64,000 nucleotides of DNA from Candidatus Doudnabacteria bacterium (GTDB taxonomy: Bacteria > Patescibacteriota > Doudnabacteria > UBA920 > O2-02-FULL-48-8), in NCBI GenBank assembly GCA_025450105.1, contig JANWIA010000024.1, positions 229-64,228 of the forward strand, written 5' to 3'. Positions 1 through 9,387 of this stretch are shown in pieces. Under the pieces are notes generated by a model, which had not been told where the DNA came from, did no database searches, and worked only from the letters and a program-made list of their open reading frames with translations. The position numbers were made by a program, and so were the translations under genes. Position 1 is the stretch's first letter, and the number at the start of each line of letters is the position of its first letter.

Positions 1-81
1 AAAGCGGCGTTGGAAGCCGTGCCAAAAATAAAAGCATTAATCGCAAAGTATGAGCGGGAAAAAGTAATAGTCACAAAATAA
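1..81 (+). CDS. 3' end of an upstream CDS (partial; open frame ending in TAA at 79-81)
   Basis: Frame 1 is open from the window edge to TAA. It sits directly upstream of murC. Its identity is not determinable from 26 codons. Confidence 0.3.
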   Translation, partial: KAALEAVPKIKALIAKYEREKVIVTK

Positions 82-82
82 T

Positions 83-1480
83 ATGATCCAAGCAAAAAAT
101 ATTTACTTCATTGGAATCGGTGGGATTGGCATGTCAGCCCTTGCCAGGCTATTGCTGGGCCGGGGGCATAATATATCCGGTTCAGATATGCGCGATTCCG
201 CAACCGTACAAGAACTTATTGCGCTTGGAATAAAGGTCCATATTGGTCACGGTGAGGATAATATTACAGCCTCGCAACCCGAACTAGTCATTTATAGTGA
301 AGACATTACCCCTGAGGCCAAAGGGTTTGTAGAGTTGGCTAAAGCTCAGGATTTGAATATTAAAAAAATGACTTACGCAGAAGCGCTGGGCGAAATTATG
401 GCTGGCTCATTTGGTATTTCGGTAACCGGAACCAATGGTAAATCAACAACTACCGCCATACTTGGTTTGATTTTGGAAGCGGCAGATTTGGATCCAACTG
501 TTATCGTCGGTTCAAAATTATCGCCAAAAAACTCCAACGAAAAGTTTAAGGCTAACGCCCGCCTTGGCGGGAACAAATATTTTGTGGCCGAAGCAGACGA
601 ATACCATCGCCATATGATGTCACAAAAACCGAACGTGATTGTTTTAACCAATGTTGCGGAAGATCATTTGGATTACTATAAGGATATTATTGATATCAAA
701 AATGCTTTTTCAGAATTCATTGCTGGTTTACCAAAAGACGGTGTGGTTATTTACAACGCCGACGATCACAATTCAATTGAGGTCGGTCGGGCCGCTACTT
801 GCCACAAATTAACCTTTGGCATTCATCACTACGCTGATGTCCAGGCGGTCAACGTACACACGCATGAAGGTGGACAAAGTTTTGACGTCCACTTTAAGGA
901 TGAAAATATCGGGCGGGTGACCATGAGTGTGCCGGGCGCAATAAATGTTTCCAACGCCTTGGGCGCTGTTACTGCTGCGTTGCATTTAGGAGTTGCTTTT
1001 CCGATAATCCAAAAAACCTTGGAAAATTTTGCCGGGATTTGGCGTCGATTTGAAAAGGTTGGGGAACTTTATTCCGTTCCAGTGATTTCCGACTACGCGC
1101 ATCATCCGGCCGGTGTGGCCGCAACTATTCAGGCGACCAAAGAATTCTTTCCGGATAAGAAAATATTATTTGTTTTCCAACCCCATCACCGTAACCGCAC
1201 CAAAAAATTGCTCGGGGAATTTATTGAGGCTTTGTGCAATGCCGACGATTTGATATTACCGGAAATATATGACGTTGCCGGGCGCGAGCACGGTGAGGAT
1301 ATAAGTTCCGTGCAGTTGGTTGCAGAATTAAAAAACCGCCAGGTTCGGGCGCAGTTTGCCGCTGACCTTGCCGAAACGGAGCGTATGGTCAGGCTGGCTG
1401 CCAAAGACTTTGGCGTGATTGTCATGATGGGTGCGGGTGATATTGATTTAATTGCCAGAAAGCTTGTAAAAAATGCTTGA
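83..1480 (+). CDS. murC: UDP-N-acetylmuramate--L-alanine ligase
   Basis: The N-terminal IYFIGIGGIGMSALA motif and a Mur ligase central GTNGKSTT P-loop are present. The length is 465 aa. Confidence 0.9.
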   Translation: MIQAKNIYFIGIGGIGMSALARLLLGRGHNISGSDMRDSATVQELIALGIKVHIGHGEDNITASQPELVIYSEDITPEAKGFVELAKAQDLNIKKMTYAEALGEIMAGSFGISVTGTNGKSTTTAILGLILEAADLDPTVIVGSKLSPKNSNEKFKANARLGGNKYFVAEADEYHRHMMSQKPNVIVLTNVAEDHLDYYKDIIDIKNAFSEFIAGLPKDGVVIYNADDHNSIEVGRAATCHKLTFGIHHYADVQAVNVHTHEGGQSFDVHFKDENIGRVTMSVPGAINVSNALGAVTAALHLGVAFPIIQKTLENFAGIWRRFEKVGELYSVPVISDYAHHPAGVAATIQATKEFFPDKKILFVFQPHHRNRTKKLLGEFIEALCNADDLILPEIYDVAGREHGEDISSVQLVAELKNRQVRAQFAADLAETERMVRLAAKDFGVIVMMGAGDIDLIARKLVKNA

Positions 1481-2504
1481 TTTCAAAAAAGATGTTTCGC
1501 TAAAAATTCATACCACTTTTAAAACCGGTGGTTTGGCCAAATTTTTTGTTGAAGTAAAATCAATAGAGGAATTTCAAAAAGCGGCGGATTTTTCCAAGAA
1601 ACACAAATTGCCGATTTTTATTTTAGGCGGTGGCAGTAATGTCCTTATTTCCGATTCTGGTCTGGATGCGGTTGTGGTAAAAAATTCCATACGGGGAGTA
1701 TCGATTCAGGGTAACGATGTCACTGTCAGTTCGGGCGAGGATTGGAATCATTTTGTCGGGGTTGTAGTTGAGAAGAATTTGGCAGGTATTGAATGTTTAT
1801 CCGGAATTCCGGGTACTGTCGGTGGCGCAGTGGTGCAAAACATCGGTGCTTATGGCCAGACCATCGCCGATTCCATTAAATCGGTTGATGTTTGGAATTA
1901 TAAAACTGACAAATTGGAAACCTGGAATAAAACCGATTGCCAATTTGAATATCGCAATAGCTATTTTAAAAAACATCCCGATAAATTATTTGTGCTGGCG
2001 GTTAAGTTTCGTTTAAGTTTAGGTGGGCAGCCGACAACCAGTTATCCGGATGTCCAAAAGTTTTTGATCAATGCCGGTGCCACCAGTCTAAGCGACGTCC
2101 GAAAAGCAGTGATAGAGATCCGGGCAAAAAAAGGTTATGTCATTTTGCCGGGCTATAAGGCCTATAACAGCGCCGGTTCATTTTTTAAAAATCCAATTGT
2201 TGACCAAAAGACTTTTGAGTACTTACAAAATAAATTTGCGGATAGGACAAACACCTGGTTTTGGCCGGAAAAGAAAAAATATAAATTGGCCGCGGCATTT
2301 TTGCTTGGCCAGGCCGGTTTTGAAAAAGGTTATGTTTCCGGCAGGGTTGGAATATCCCCAAAACATTCTTTGGCCCTGATTAACATCAAAAACGCCACTT
2401 CCAAGGAAATTTTTGACCTAAGTAAAATGATCCAGAGTGCAGTTCATAATAGGTTTAACGTGATTCTGGAACCAGAAGTTCAAATTGTCGGGAAATTCGA
2501 TTGA
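1473..2504 (+). CDS. murB: UDP-N-acetylenolpyruvoylglucosamine reductase
   Basis: An FAD-binding MurB pattern (GGGSNVLISDSG) is present. The gene overlaps the murC stop by 8 nt. Confidence 0.88.
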   Translation: MLDFKKDVSLKIHTTFKTGGLAKFFVEVKSIEEFQKAADFSKKHKLPIFILGGGSNVLISDSGLDAVVVKNSIRGVSIQGNDVTVSSGEDWNHFVGVVVEKNLAGIECLSGIPGTVGGAVVQNIGAYGQTIADSIKSVDVWNYKTDKLETWNKTDCQFEYRNSYFKKHPDKLFVLAVKFRLSLGGQPTTSYPDVQKFLINAGATSLSDVRKAVIEIRAKKGYVILPGYKAYNSAGSFFKNPIVDQKTFEYLQNKFADRTNTWFWPEKKKYKLAAAFLLGQAGFEKGYVSGRVGISPKHSLALINIKNATSKEIFDLSKMIQSAVHNRFNVILEPEVQIVGKFD

Positions 2505-2551
2505 CGATTGCCCCGCGTCTGGTAGAATGAAAATAGAATTAATAAAATACC

Positions 2552-2890
2552 ATGAATATCAATATCAAGGGTACCAACGTTGATTTAACCCCGTCGATTA
2601 AACAATATGTCGAGGAAAAGATCGGTCATTTAGAAAAATTTTTGGGTAAAATTGAATCGGCTAAAGTAGAATTAGAGCGCGACCGCCACCATCACACCGG
2701 AAACGTCATGCGGGCCGAGGTTATGCTAATTGTGGGTGGGAAGGTCATGCGGGCCGATGCTTCGTCCGAAGATATGTACGCCTCGATTGATATGGTTGTC
2801 CCGAAACTTAAAGAACAAATTTCCAAATTTAAGGACAAACGAGTGACGCTCCAGAAGCGCGGTGGGCGAGATGCTAAGAAAAAAAGATAA
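2552..2890 (+). CDS. hpf: Ribosome hibernation promoting factor / RaiA family
   Basis: The N-terminus is typical of HPF/YfiA (MNINIKGTNVDLTPSIKQYVEEKIGHLEKF) and the length is 112 aa. Confidence 0.85.
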   Translation: MNINIKGTNVDLTPSIKQYVEEKIGHLEKFLGKIESAKVELERDRHHHTGNVMRAEVMLIVGGKVMRADASSEDMYASIDMVVPKLKEQISKFKDKRVTLQKRGGRDAKKKR

Positions 2891-2896
2891 CGAATA

Positions 2897-2925
2897 AAAA
2901 TTCTCCGAAAATTTTCGGAGAATTT
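2897..2925 (+). terminator. Intrinsic terminator after hpf
   Basis: A perfect hairpin ATTCTCCGAAAATTTTCGGAGAAT is followed by a T-run. Confidence 0.8.
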
Positions 2926-2940
2926 TTTTGCCAAAAGTTA

Positions 2941-2968
2941 TTGACAACTTTTGCAAAACGTTTACAAT
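2941..2968 (+). promoter_or_regulatory. Sigma70-like promoter (TTGACA-N16-TACAAT) for the polyamine cluster
   Basis: A consensus -35 box, a 16-nt spacer and a TACAAT -10 lie 18 nt upstream of the 2987 start. Confidence 0.6.
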
Positions 2969-2986
2969 TAACAGTAGAAATATTTT

Positions 2987-4393
2987 TTGTTAATCCGCGA
3001 GTTCGACGGAAGAGAAAAATCTGATTTGAAAAAAAATTTAAAGCGGCTTTGGAAACTCGGGGCCGAAGAGTACAATACTCAATACTTCGACATCAACAAA
3101 GGTGGCGAACTGGTGGTGAAGGAAGGGCACTACCAATATAATATTATCAACCTCGTAAAAAAATACGGCACGCCGACCGAAGTCTTTTTTCCGTATATTT
3201 TAGAGAACCGTGTGCGCGACATGATTGATCTTTTTAACGCTTACATTAAGATTAGCGGTTATAAGGGTCGTTTTTATTACCATTACGTCATGAAGGTTAA
3301 CCAGAATAAAGAGTTTGTTTTGCCGGCAATTGCGGAGGGCGCTCATATTGAAGTCTCATCTGCTAATGAACTTTATCTGGTTAAACGCATGATTGAACAG
3401 GATAAGTTCAATCGGCGCATCCGAGTCACCTGCAATGGCCCAAAAACCGAGCAGTATATTCAGTTGATCGAAGAATTGCGCAGCAAAGGACTGATTGTAA
3501 TCCCAATTATCGAAAACCACGAAGAGCTGGAGCGACTGAAGAAATTTAAGGGCGAGGTTGGGGTCCGCGTAAATTTAGATATTAAAATCCAGGCACACTG
3601 GGATAAAAAATTCAATCACTTTGGCTTTTCGGAAGACGAATTGTTGCGCATCGGAAAAATTCGCAACCTTTCGATTTTGCATTATCATATTTCTACCCAA
3701 ATTGAAAAAATTGACGGCTTCGTGAAGCCTCTAAAGCGGGCCATTAATTTGTACGCTAAACTAAAAGAAAAAAATCCGGGACTGGATACAATTGATTTTG
3801 GCGGCGGTGTTGGTGTCCCGTACGAAAAAAAGCGAAAATTATATTCTCTGAAGAATTTAGTCAATCAAATGATTAAAGCGGCCAAGAAGGAATCGGACAA
3901 GTTGGGGATTAAACACCCGAATTTGATTTCGGAATGGGGAAGCTACGTCGCTGCTCCCGCGCAAATCAGTATTTTTAAGGTCCAGGCCGAAAAACCAATT
4001 ACGGGCAAGGCTGACACTAAATGGTATTTTATTGACGGAAGTTTTATCACCAATCTAACCGACACCTGGTCAGTGCGCCGCCAAAAGTGGGAAATTATTC
4101 CAGCTAACCATATGGGTGCTGGACGCATGCAAAAAGTTTGGCTGGCCGGATCAACCTGTGACAGTGATGACCGTTATACCAATAGCGGTAGTTATTTGAT
4201 GCTTCCAAAGTTTACGGAAGATGTGACTGAACTCTACTTAGTGGTCATGGATACTGGAGCTTATCAGGATGCGCTTGGGAATCATCATTGTTTGTTGTCG
4301 TCTCCGGCAAAGGTCATTTGCCAAAATGGAGAAGTGAAATTGGCACGCCGCCGCGAAACTGCAGATGAAATTGGGAAACAGTTTGGATGGTAA
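2987..4393 (+). CDS. PLP-dependent decarboxylase of the Orn/DAP/Arg decarboxylase family (probable arginine decarboxylase)
   Basis: The 468-aa length and sequence fit the fold-type III decarboxylase family. Placement upstream of the DHS-like and agmatinase genes fits a polyamine pathway. The TTG start is taken from the ORF track and the true start is uncertain. Confidence 0.6.
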   Translation: MLIREFDGREKSDLKKNLKRLWKLGAEEYNTQYFDINKGGELVVKEGHYQYNIINLVKKYGTPTEVFFPYILENRVRDMIDLFNAYIKISGYKGRFYYHYVMKVNQNKEFVLPAIAEGAHIEVSSANELYLVKRMIEQDKFNRRIRVTCNGPKTEQYIQLIEELRSKGLIVIPIIENHEELERLKKFKGEVGVRVNLDIKIQAHWDKKFNHFGFSEDELLRIGKIRNLSILHYHISTQIEKIDGFVKPLKRAINLYAKLKEKNPGLDTIDFGGGVGVPYEKKRKLYSLKNLVNQMIKAAKKESDKLGIKHPNLISEWGSYVAAPAQISIFKVQAEKPITGKADTKWYFIDGSFITNLTDTWSVRRQKWEIIPANHMGAGRMQKVWLAGSTCDSDDRYTNSGSYLMLPKFTEDVTELYLVVMDTGAYQDALGNHHCLLSSPAKVICQNGEVKLARRRETADEIGKQFGW

Positions 4394-4400
4394 GTCGCCC

Positions 4401-4503
4401 GGTGCCGGAAAAAATTACCGGCTGTCAAAATTCTTCCGAATTTTGCAGCCTACGTTCTCGTCCCGCTTGAGCGGGACTGCGAAGGTTAATTTTTTCCGGC
4501 ACC
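4401..4503 (+). promoter_or_regulatory. Structured intergenic element (14-bp long-range inverted repeat enclosing local hairpins)
   Basis: GGTGCCGGAAAAAA at 4401-4414 pairs perfectly with TTTTTTCCGGCACC at 4490-4503. Inside are the hairpins GCCGG-aaaaaatta-CCGGC and GTCCCGC-ttga-GCGGGAC. The mutually exclusive pairings look attenuator-like. Confidence 0.5.
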
Positions 4504-4563
4504 TCGCTAAACAAAGAAAGCAAACCCCTGATTTTTATGGGATAATCATTAATAAGGAAATGT

Positions 4564-5553
4564 ATGGGAACAATTAAGAAATTTATCAAACACAACTACC
4601 GTCACTTTAATTCCGCGGTTGTTGTTGATGCGTCCGAGGCCTATGTCGATTTTTTGGCCAAGGGCAACAAAATGATGGTGACATTGGCTGGTGCCATGAG
4701 CACTGCGGAGCTGGGATTAACTTTGGCGGAAATGATCCGCCAGGACAAAGTTCATGCAATTACTTGCACTGGAGCCAATTTAGAGGAAGATATTTTCAAT
4801 TTGGTGGCGCACAATCATTACGTGCGGGTGCCTCATTACCGACAATTATCGTCACAGGATGAGGTCGACTTGCTAAATAAAGGTTTGAACCGCGTTACGG
4901 ATACGACAATTCCGGAAGAAGAAGCTATGCGCAAAATTGAACGCCACATTATTAAATTATGGAAACGGGCTGATGATGCCGGCGAAAGATTTTTTCCGTA
5001 TGAATTCATGTACCAGATGATCCGCGAGAACATGCTCAAGGACGAAATGCAGATTGATCCAAAAGATTCCTGGCTCATTGCGGCCTGTGAAAAGAATTTG
5101 CCGATTTGGACCCCAGGCTGGGAAGATTCCACACTCGGAAATATTTTTGTGGCACTGACCAAAGGCCGTGGCAAAAATTATTACGGCGAAAATATCAAAA
5201 ATATTTCCACTGTTAAGACCGGCTTGGAAGCAATGTCGTTTTTGATTGACTGGTATGTGGAAACTTCTAAGAAATCGGAAATCGGATTCTACCAAATTGG
5301 CGGCGGCATTGCCGGTGATTTCCCGATTTGTGTAGTACCGCTTATCCAGCAAGACTTAAAGCAGAAAGTAAGATTGTGGGGATATTTCTGCCAGATTTCC
5401 GATTCCACAACTTCTTACGGTTCCTACTCCGGCGCCGTACCGAATGAAAAAATCACTTGGGGCAAGCTTGATGTTAACACTCCGCGCTTCGTTATTGAAT
5501 CTGATGCCACAATTGTTGCACCGTTAATGTTCGCATACATCTTGAATCAATAA
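4564..5553 (+). CDS. Deoxyhypusine synthase-like protein (homospermidine synthase-like)
   Basis: The sequence shows DHS family similarity throughout its 329 aa. It lies between a decarboxylase and agmatinase. Confidence 0.7.
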   Translation: MGTIKKFIKHNYRHFNSAVVVDASEAYVDFLAKGNKMMVTLAGAMSTAELGLTLAEMIRQDKVHAITCTGANLEEDIFNLVAHNHYVRVPHYRQLSSQDEVDLLNKGLNRVTDTTIPEEEAMRKIERHIIKLWKRADDAGERFFPYEFMYQMIRENMLKDEMQIDPKDSWLIAACEKNLPIWTPGWEDSTLGNIFVALTKGRGKNYYGENIKNISTVKTGLEAMSFLIDWYVETSKKSEIGFYQIGGGIAGDFPICVVPLIQQDLKQKVRLWGYFCQISDSTTSYGSYSGAVPNEKITWGKLDVNTPRFVIESDATIVAPLMFAYILNQ

Positions 5554-5556
5554 CTA

Positions 5557-5592
5557 TTGTACAAAATTGGCCGATCGGTCGATTTTGTACAA
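5557..5592. promoter_or_regulatory. Palindromic element TTGTACAAAAT-N14-ATTTTGTACAA (operator or terminator-like)
   Basis: Perfect 11-bp arms flank a CCGATCGG core. The element lies between the DHS-like gene's stop and the agmatinase start, and there is no strong T-run. Confidence 0.5.
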
Positions 5593-5604
5593 TTAATGTA
5601 AAAA

Positions 5605-6516
5605 ATGGAAAAATTTAATATAACCGAATCTTACAAACCAAAAAACTTTACTGACCAATTTATTCCGCAGGAAGTAACTTTTGAAAATTCCCAAGCGGTG
5701 GTGGTGCCTTATGGTTATGAGGGCACTGTGACCTTTGGCCATGGCACGAACCGCGGGCCAAAAGCCTTGGTTGAAGCTTCGTGGCAAATTGAATCTTTTG
5801 ATGATGAATTATTGGATGATGTTCAGAATCAAGTTAAGATTTGGACCACACAACAGCCAAAAATTCCTAAAGACGCTTTAAAGGCGGCGGAAACCTTAAG
5901 CGAAATTGTCTGGCAAATTTTAGAAAGGAAAAAACTGCCTGTTGTCATTGGCGGAGAGCATTCCATTAGCTATGGTTTTGTTCAGGGCTTGGCGCAAAAG
6001 TACGACAACTTTGGTATTGTCGTTTTCGATTCCCATTTGGATTTAGGTGATCGCTATTCGGAAAAGGATTTCACCCATGCAGCGTGGTTGAAGTATTCTT
6101 TGGAATTGCCTCAGGTTAAAAATGCAACGCTGTTCGGTATTCGAAATTTTAATAAAATCGAGCATGAATACTGGCAAAACAGCAAAGGAAAAGTAAACGT
6201 CTATTTGGCCCGGGACAAAGACAATTGGGGGAGCATGGCCAAGATCATCAAGGCTTTACCAGAAAATATTTATTTAAGTTTCGATATTGATGCGTTTGAT
6301 CCATCAATCATGCCGGCAACGGGTACGCCTGAACCAGGCGGATTGCTTTGGGACGAGACCTTGAATTTAATTCGTGAAATTTCCAAGAAGAAAAACATTA
6401 TCGGTATGGATCTTGTCGAATTGGCTCCAATAAAAGATATGCACGCGCCGAGTTTTATTGCGGCCAAGCTTTTGGTCAAAATGATAATGTATGCGGTAAA
6501 AGGAAAGAATCTCTAA
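5605..6516 (+). CDS. speB: Agmatinase (arginase/agmatinase family)
   Basis: Ureohydrolase metal-binding motifs (GGEHSISYG, DSHLDL, SFDIDAFDP) are present. The length is 303 aa. Confidence 0.85.
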   Translation: MEKFNITESYKPKNFTDQFIPQEVTFENSQAVVVPYGYEGTVTFGHGTNRGPKALVEASWQIESFDDELLDDVQNQVKIWTTQQPKIPKDALKAAETLSEIVWQILERKKLPVVIGGEHSISYGFVQGLAQKYDNFGIVVFDSHLDLGDRYSEKDFTHAAWLKYSLELPQVKNATLFGIRNFNKIEHEYWQNSKGKVNVYLARDKDNWGSMAKIIKALPENIYLSFDIDAFDPSIMPATGTPEPGGLLWDETLNLIREISKKKNIIGMDLVELAPIKDMHAPSFIAAKLLVKMIMYAVKGKNL

Positions 6517-6517
6517 G

Positions 6518-6584
6518 CCCATCCTGACGAAAGTCAGGATCTGTTCAAAGTAGATCCTGAAACAAGTTCAGGATGGGGTTTTGG
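6518..6584 (+). terminator. Compound intrinsic terminator (two GGATCCTGA-type hairpins, the first with a GAAA tetraloop, then a T-run)
   Basis: The sequence is CCCATCCTGAcgaaagTCAGGAT ... GATCCTGAAacaagTTCAGGATGGGG followed by TTTTGG. Confidence 0.75.
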
Positions 6585-6729
6585 TATGGGTGATTGGCCA
6601 TATGCTCGGCCTTTCTTTTTGCCCGGAAATTCAGTATAATGACAAGGCTAATTTTAAATTTACCATTTCGAACGCAGTGAGAAATCCCTTTAAAAGGGAT
6701 CCCTCCGCTTCGGTCGGGATGGAATAAAA

Positions 6730-9378
6730 ATGTCTATATTTGGAAAATTATTTGGGAGTTCAAACGAAGGCGTTGTTAAACAATTCCAAAAAGTTGTTGA
6801 CCAGATCAATGCACTCGAGCCGGAATTCGAAAAGAAATCCCAAGACGAACTAAAGCAATTAACCGCCAATTGGAAAACCGGTTTGGCGGATTTGGATTTA
6901 GGTGAAACCAAAGAATATTTGGAAAAGATTTTACCGGAAGCATTTGCCGCAGTGCGCGAAGCCTCCAAGCGAACCATTGGCCAACGCCACTACGACGTCC
7001 AGTTAATTGGAGGTATTGCCCTGCATCGCGGTAATATTTCCGAAATGCGTACTGGTGAAGGAAAAACATTGGTCGCAACTTTGCCACTTTACCTCAATGC
7101 CCTAACCGGCCGCGGTGCACATTTGATTACAGTCAACGATTATTTGGCGCGCTGGCAAGCTTCTTGGATGGGACAAATTTATTACTACTTGGGCTTAAGC
7201 ACCGCTTCGATTCAACACGAACAGGCATTTCTATACGACCAGACTTTCCAGCCGGAAGAGGAAGAGGTTAAACAAATCGAATCGCAAGTCCAAGGTTTAG
7301 TCTTGGATGTAAAACACATGCGGCCAATCAATCGCCGCCAAGCTTACGCCGCGGATATTACTTATGGCACCAACAACGAATACGGTTTTGATTATTTGCG
7401 CGACAACATGGTCGTTGACCCGTCACAGATGGTCCAGCGCGATTTGCATTTTGCTATTGTTGACGAAGTCGATTCCATTTTGATTGACGAAGCCCGCACG
7501 CCGTTGATTATTTCCGCGCCCGACACTGAACCAACAGATAAGTATTATGATTTTGCCAAGATAGTCGACAAGCTGGACGAAAAAACGGATTACAATGTCG
7601 ATGAAAAACACCGCGCCGCAACCTTAACTGAAGCGGGAATTGTAAGATTGGAACAGTTGCTGAATATCAAAAACATTTACGATAAGGACGGTATCACGAC
7701 CATCCACCACATTGAACAGGCGTTGCGCGCCCGAACTTTATTTAAGAAAGACATTAATTACGTTGTTAAGGACAACGAGATTATTATTGTCGATGAATTC
7801 ACTGGCCGGTTAATGTATGGCCGCCGCTATTCGGAAGGCTTGCACCAGGCGATTGAAGCCAAGGAAAATGTAAAGATCCAACAGGAAAGCAAAACGTTGG
7901 CGACAATCACTTTCCAAAATTATTTCCGTTTGTACCACAAATTGGGTGGCATGACCGGTACTGCCGAAACAGAAGCCGAAGAATTCCACAAGATTTACAA
8001 TTTGGAAGTCGTGCAAATCCCGACCAACAAACCGATGGTTAGGAAAGATTTGCCGGATCAGGTTTTTAAGAATGTCCCTGGAAAATTTGACGCGGTCATT
8101 CAGGCCATCAAAGAAAAATACAAAACGGGACAGCCGGTTTTGGTTGGTACTATCAGCATTGAAAAGAATGAAATTTTGTCGCAGATGCTGACCCAAGCAG
8201 GCGTGCCACACGAATTATTGAACGCCAAAAACCACGAACGTGAAGCGCAGATTATTTCCCAAGCCGGGCGTTTGGGCGCCGTAACCTTGGCAACCAACAT
8301 TGCCGGCCGTGGTGTCGACATTATTTTGGGCGGCAATCCGGCCGATCCTAAAGAACAGGAAAAAGTTAAAGAACTCGGCGGTCTTTCGGTAATTGGTACC
8401 GAACGTCATGAATCGCGCCGCATAGACAATCAGTTGCGTGGACGCGCTGGCCGACAAGGCGATCCAGGTTCGTCACAATTTTTCTTGTCCTTGGAAGATG
8501 ATTTGATGCGCTTATTCGGCGGTGATCGTATTGGCCGCATGATGCAAACTCTTGGAATTCCAGATAACCAACCAATCGAAGCCGGATTAATTAACAAATC
8601 CATTCAATCCGCGCAGGGAAAAATTGAAGGGCTGAACTTTGATACCCGTAAACACGTTTTAGAATATGATGATGTCATGAACAAACAGCGTGGCGTCATT
8701 TACAAAAAGCGCCGCGAGATTTTGTCGCCCGAAAAGGATTTGACCGAACAGGTGTTGCAGGCCATTGAACAGGAAATTGCCGATGTGGTTAATTTCCACT
8801 TTGGTCAGGAAACAATTGACCGCAAGGAAATTTTTGAGGCAATTAATACTATCATGCCAATTAAGCCCGAAGATGTTGGTCAGGATTGGGATGACATTCA
8901 AACCATCAATCATTTGGTAGAAATGGCGCGAAATGCTTTTGAACAAAAAAAGACCAAACTTGGTCCGGATACAATGAAACAGATGCAGAGGTTTGTCTAT
9001 TTACGGATCATTGACCAGTTGTGGCAACAGCATTTGGACACCATGGAACATTTGCGCGACTCTGTACGTTTGCGCAGTTACGGCCAACGCGATCCGTTGC
9101 AGGAATTTAAGCGCGAAGGGTTCCAATTATTTGAAAATCTTTTAAAGGAAGTTGATAGCCAGGTTGTGCATACTATTTTTAAAGTTGATGTCGTGCAGCA
9201 ACCGGTAACTCGGAGGCAAGAGTCAGGAGGCAGGAGTCAAGCACTGGCAACTGACGGCTCAGAAATCGGCCGCAATGACCCATGCCCTTGTGGTAGTGGT
9301 AAGAAATATAAACGATGTGGATTGTTACAAACCGAGGAGCATAAAAATAATCTTGTCAAGATGCAAGGAACTATTTGA
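6730..9378 (+). CDS. secA: Preprotein translocase ATPase SecA
   Basis: DEAD-like motor motifs and a C-terminal zinc-binding CPCGSGKKYKRC are present. The length is 882 aa. Confidence 0.95.
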   Translation: MSIFGKLFGSSNEGVVKQFQKVVDQINALEPEFEKKSQDELKQLTANWKTGLADLDLGETKEYLEKILPEAFAAVREASKRTIGQRHYDVQLIGGIALHRGNISEMRTGEGKTLVATLPLYLNALTGRGAHLITVNDYLARWQASWMGQIYYYLGLSTASIQHEQAFLYDQTFQPEEEEVKQIESQVQGLVLDVKHMRPINRRQAYAADITYGTNNEYGFDYLRDNMVVDPSQMVQRDLHFAIVDEVDSILIDEARTPLIISAPDTEPTDKYYDFAKIVDKLDEKTDYNVDEKHRAATLTEAGIVRLEQLLNIKNIYDKDGITTIHHIEQALRARTLFKKDINYVVKDNEIIIVDEFTGRLMYGRRYSEGLHQAIEAKENVKIQQESKTLATITFQNYFRLYHKLGGMTGTAETEAEEFHKIYNLEVVQIPTNKPMVRKDLPDQVFKNVPGKFDAVIQAIKEKYKTGQPVLVGTISIEKNEILSQMLTQAGVPHELLNAKNHEREAQIISQAGRLGAVTLATNIAGRGVDIILGGNPADPKEQEKVKELGGLSVIGTERHESRRIDNQLRGRAGRQGDPGSSQFFLSLEDDLMRLFGGDRIGRMMQTLGIPDNQPIEAGLINKSIQSAQGKIEGLNFDTRKHVLEYDDVMNKQRGVIYKKRREILSPEKDLTEQVLQAIEQEIADVVNFHFGQETIDRKEIFEAINTIMPIKPEDVGQDWDDIQTINHLVEMARNAFEQKKTKLGPDTMKQMQRFVYLRIIDQLWQQHLDTMEHLRDSVRLRSYGQRDPLQEFKREGFQLFENLLKEVDSQVVHTIFKVDVVQQPVTRRQESGGRSQALATDGSEIGRNDPCPCGSGKKYKRCGLLQTEEHKNNLVKMQGTI

Positions 9379-9387
9379 AATAAACTT

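Noticed and set aside
1768-2379. Internal plus-strand ORFs (1768..2016, 2137..2379) inside murB, and many 60-140-aa antisense ORFs inside secA, hppA, the P-type ATPase and gltX.
   Set aside because: They are nested in alternative frames of well-supported long genes and have no independent signals.
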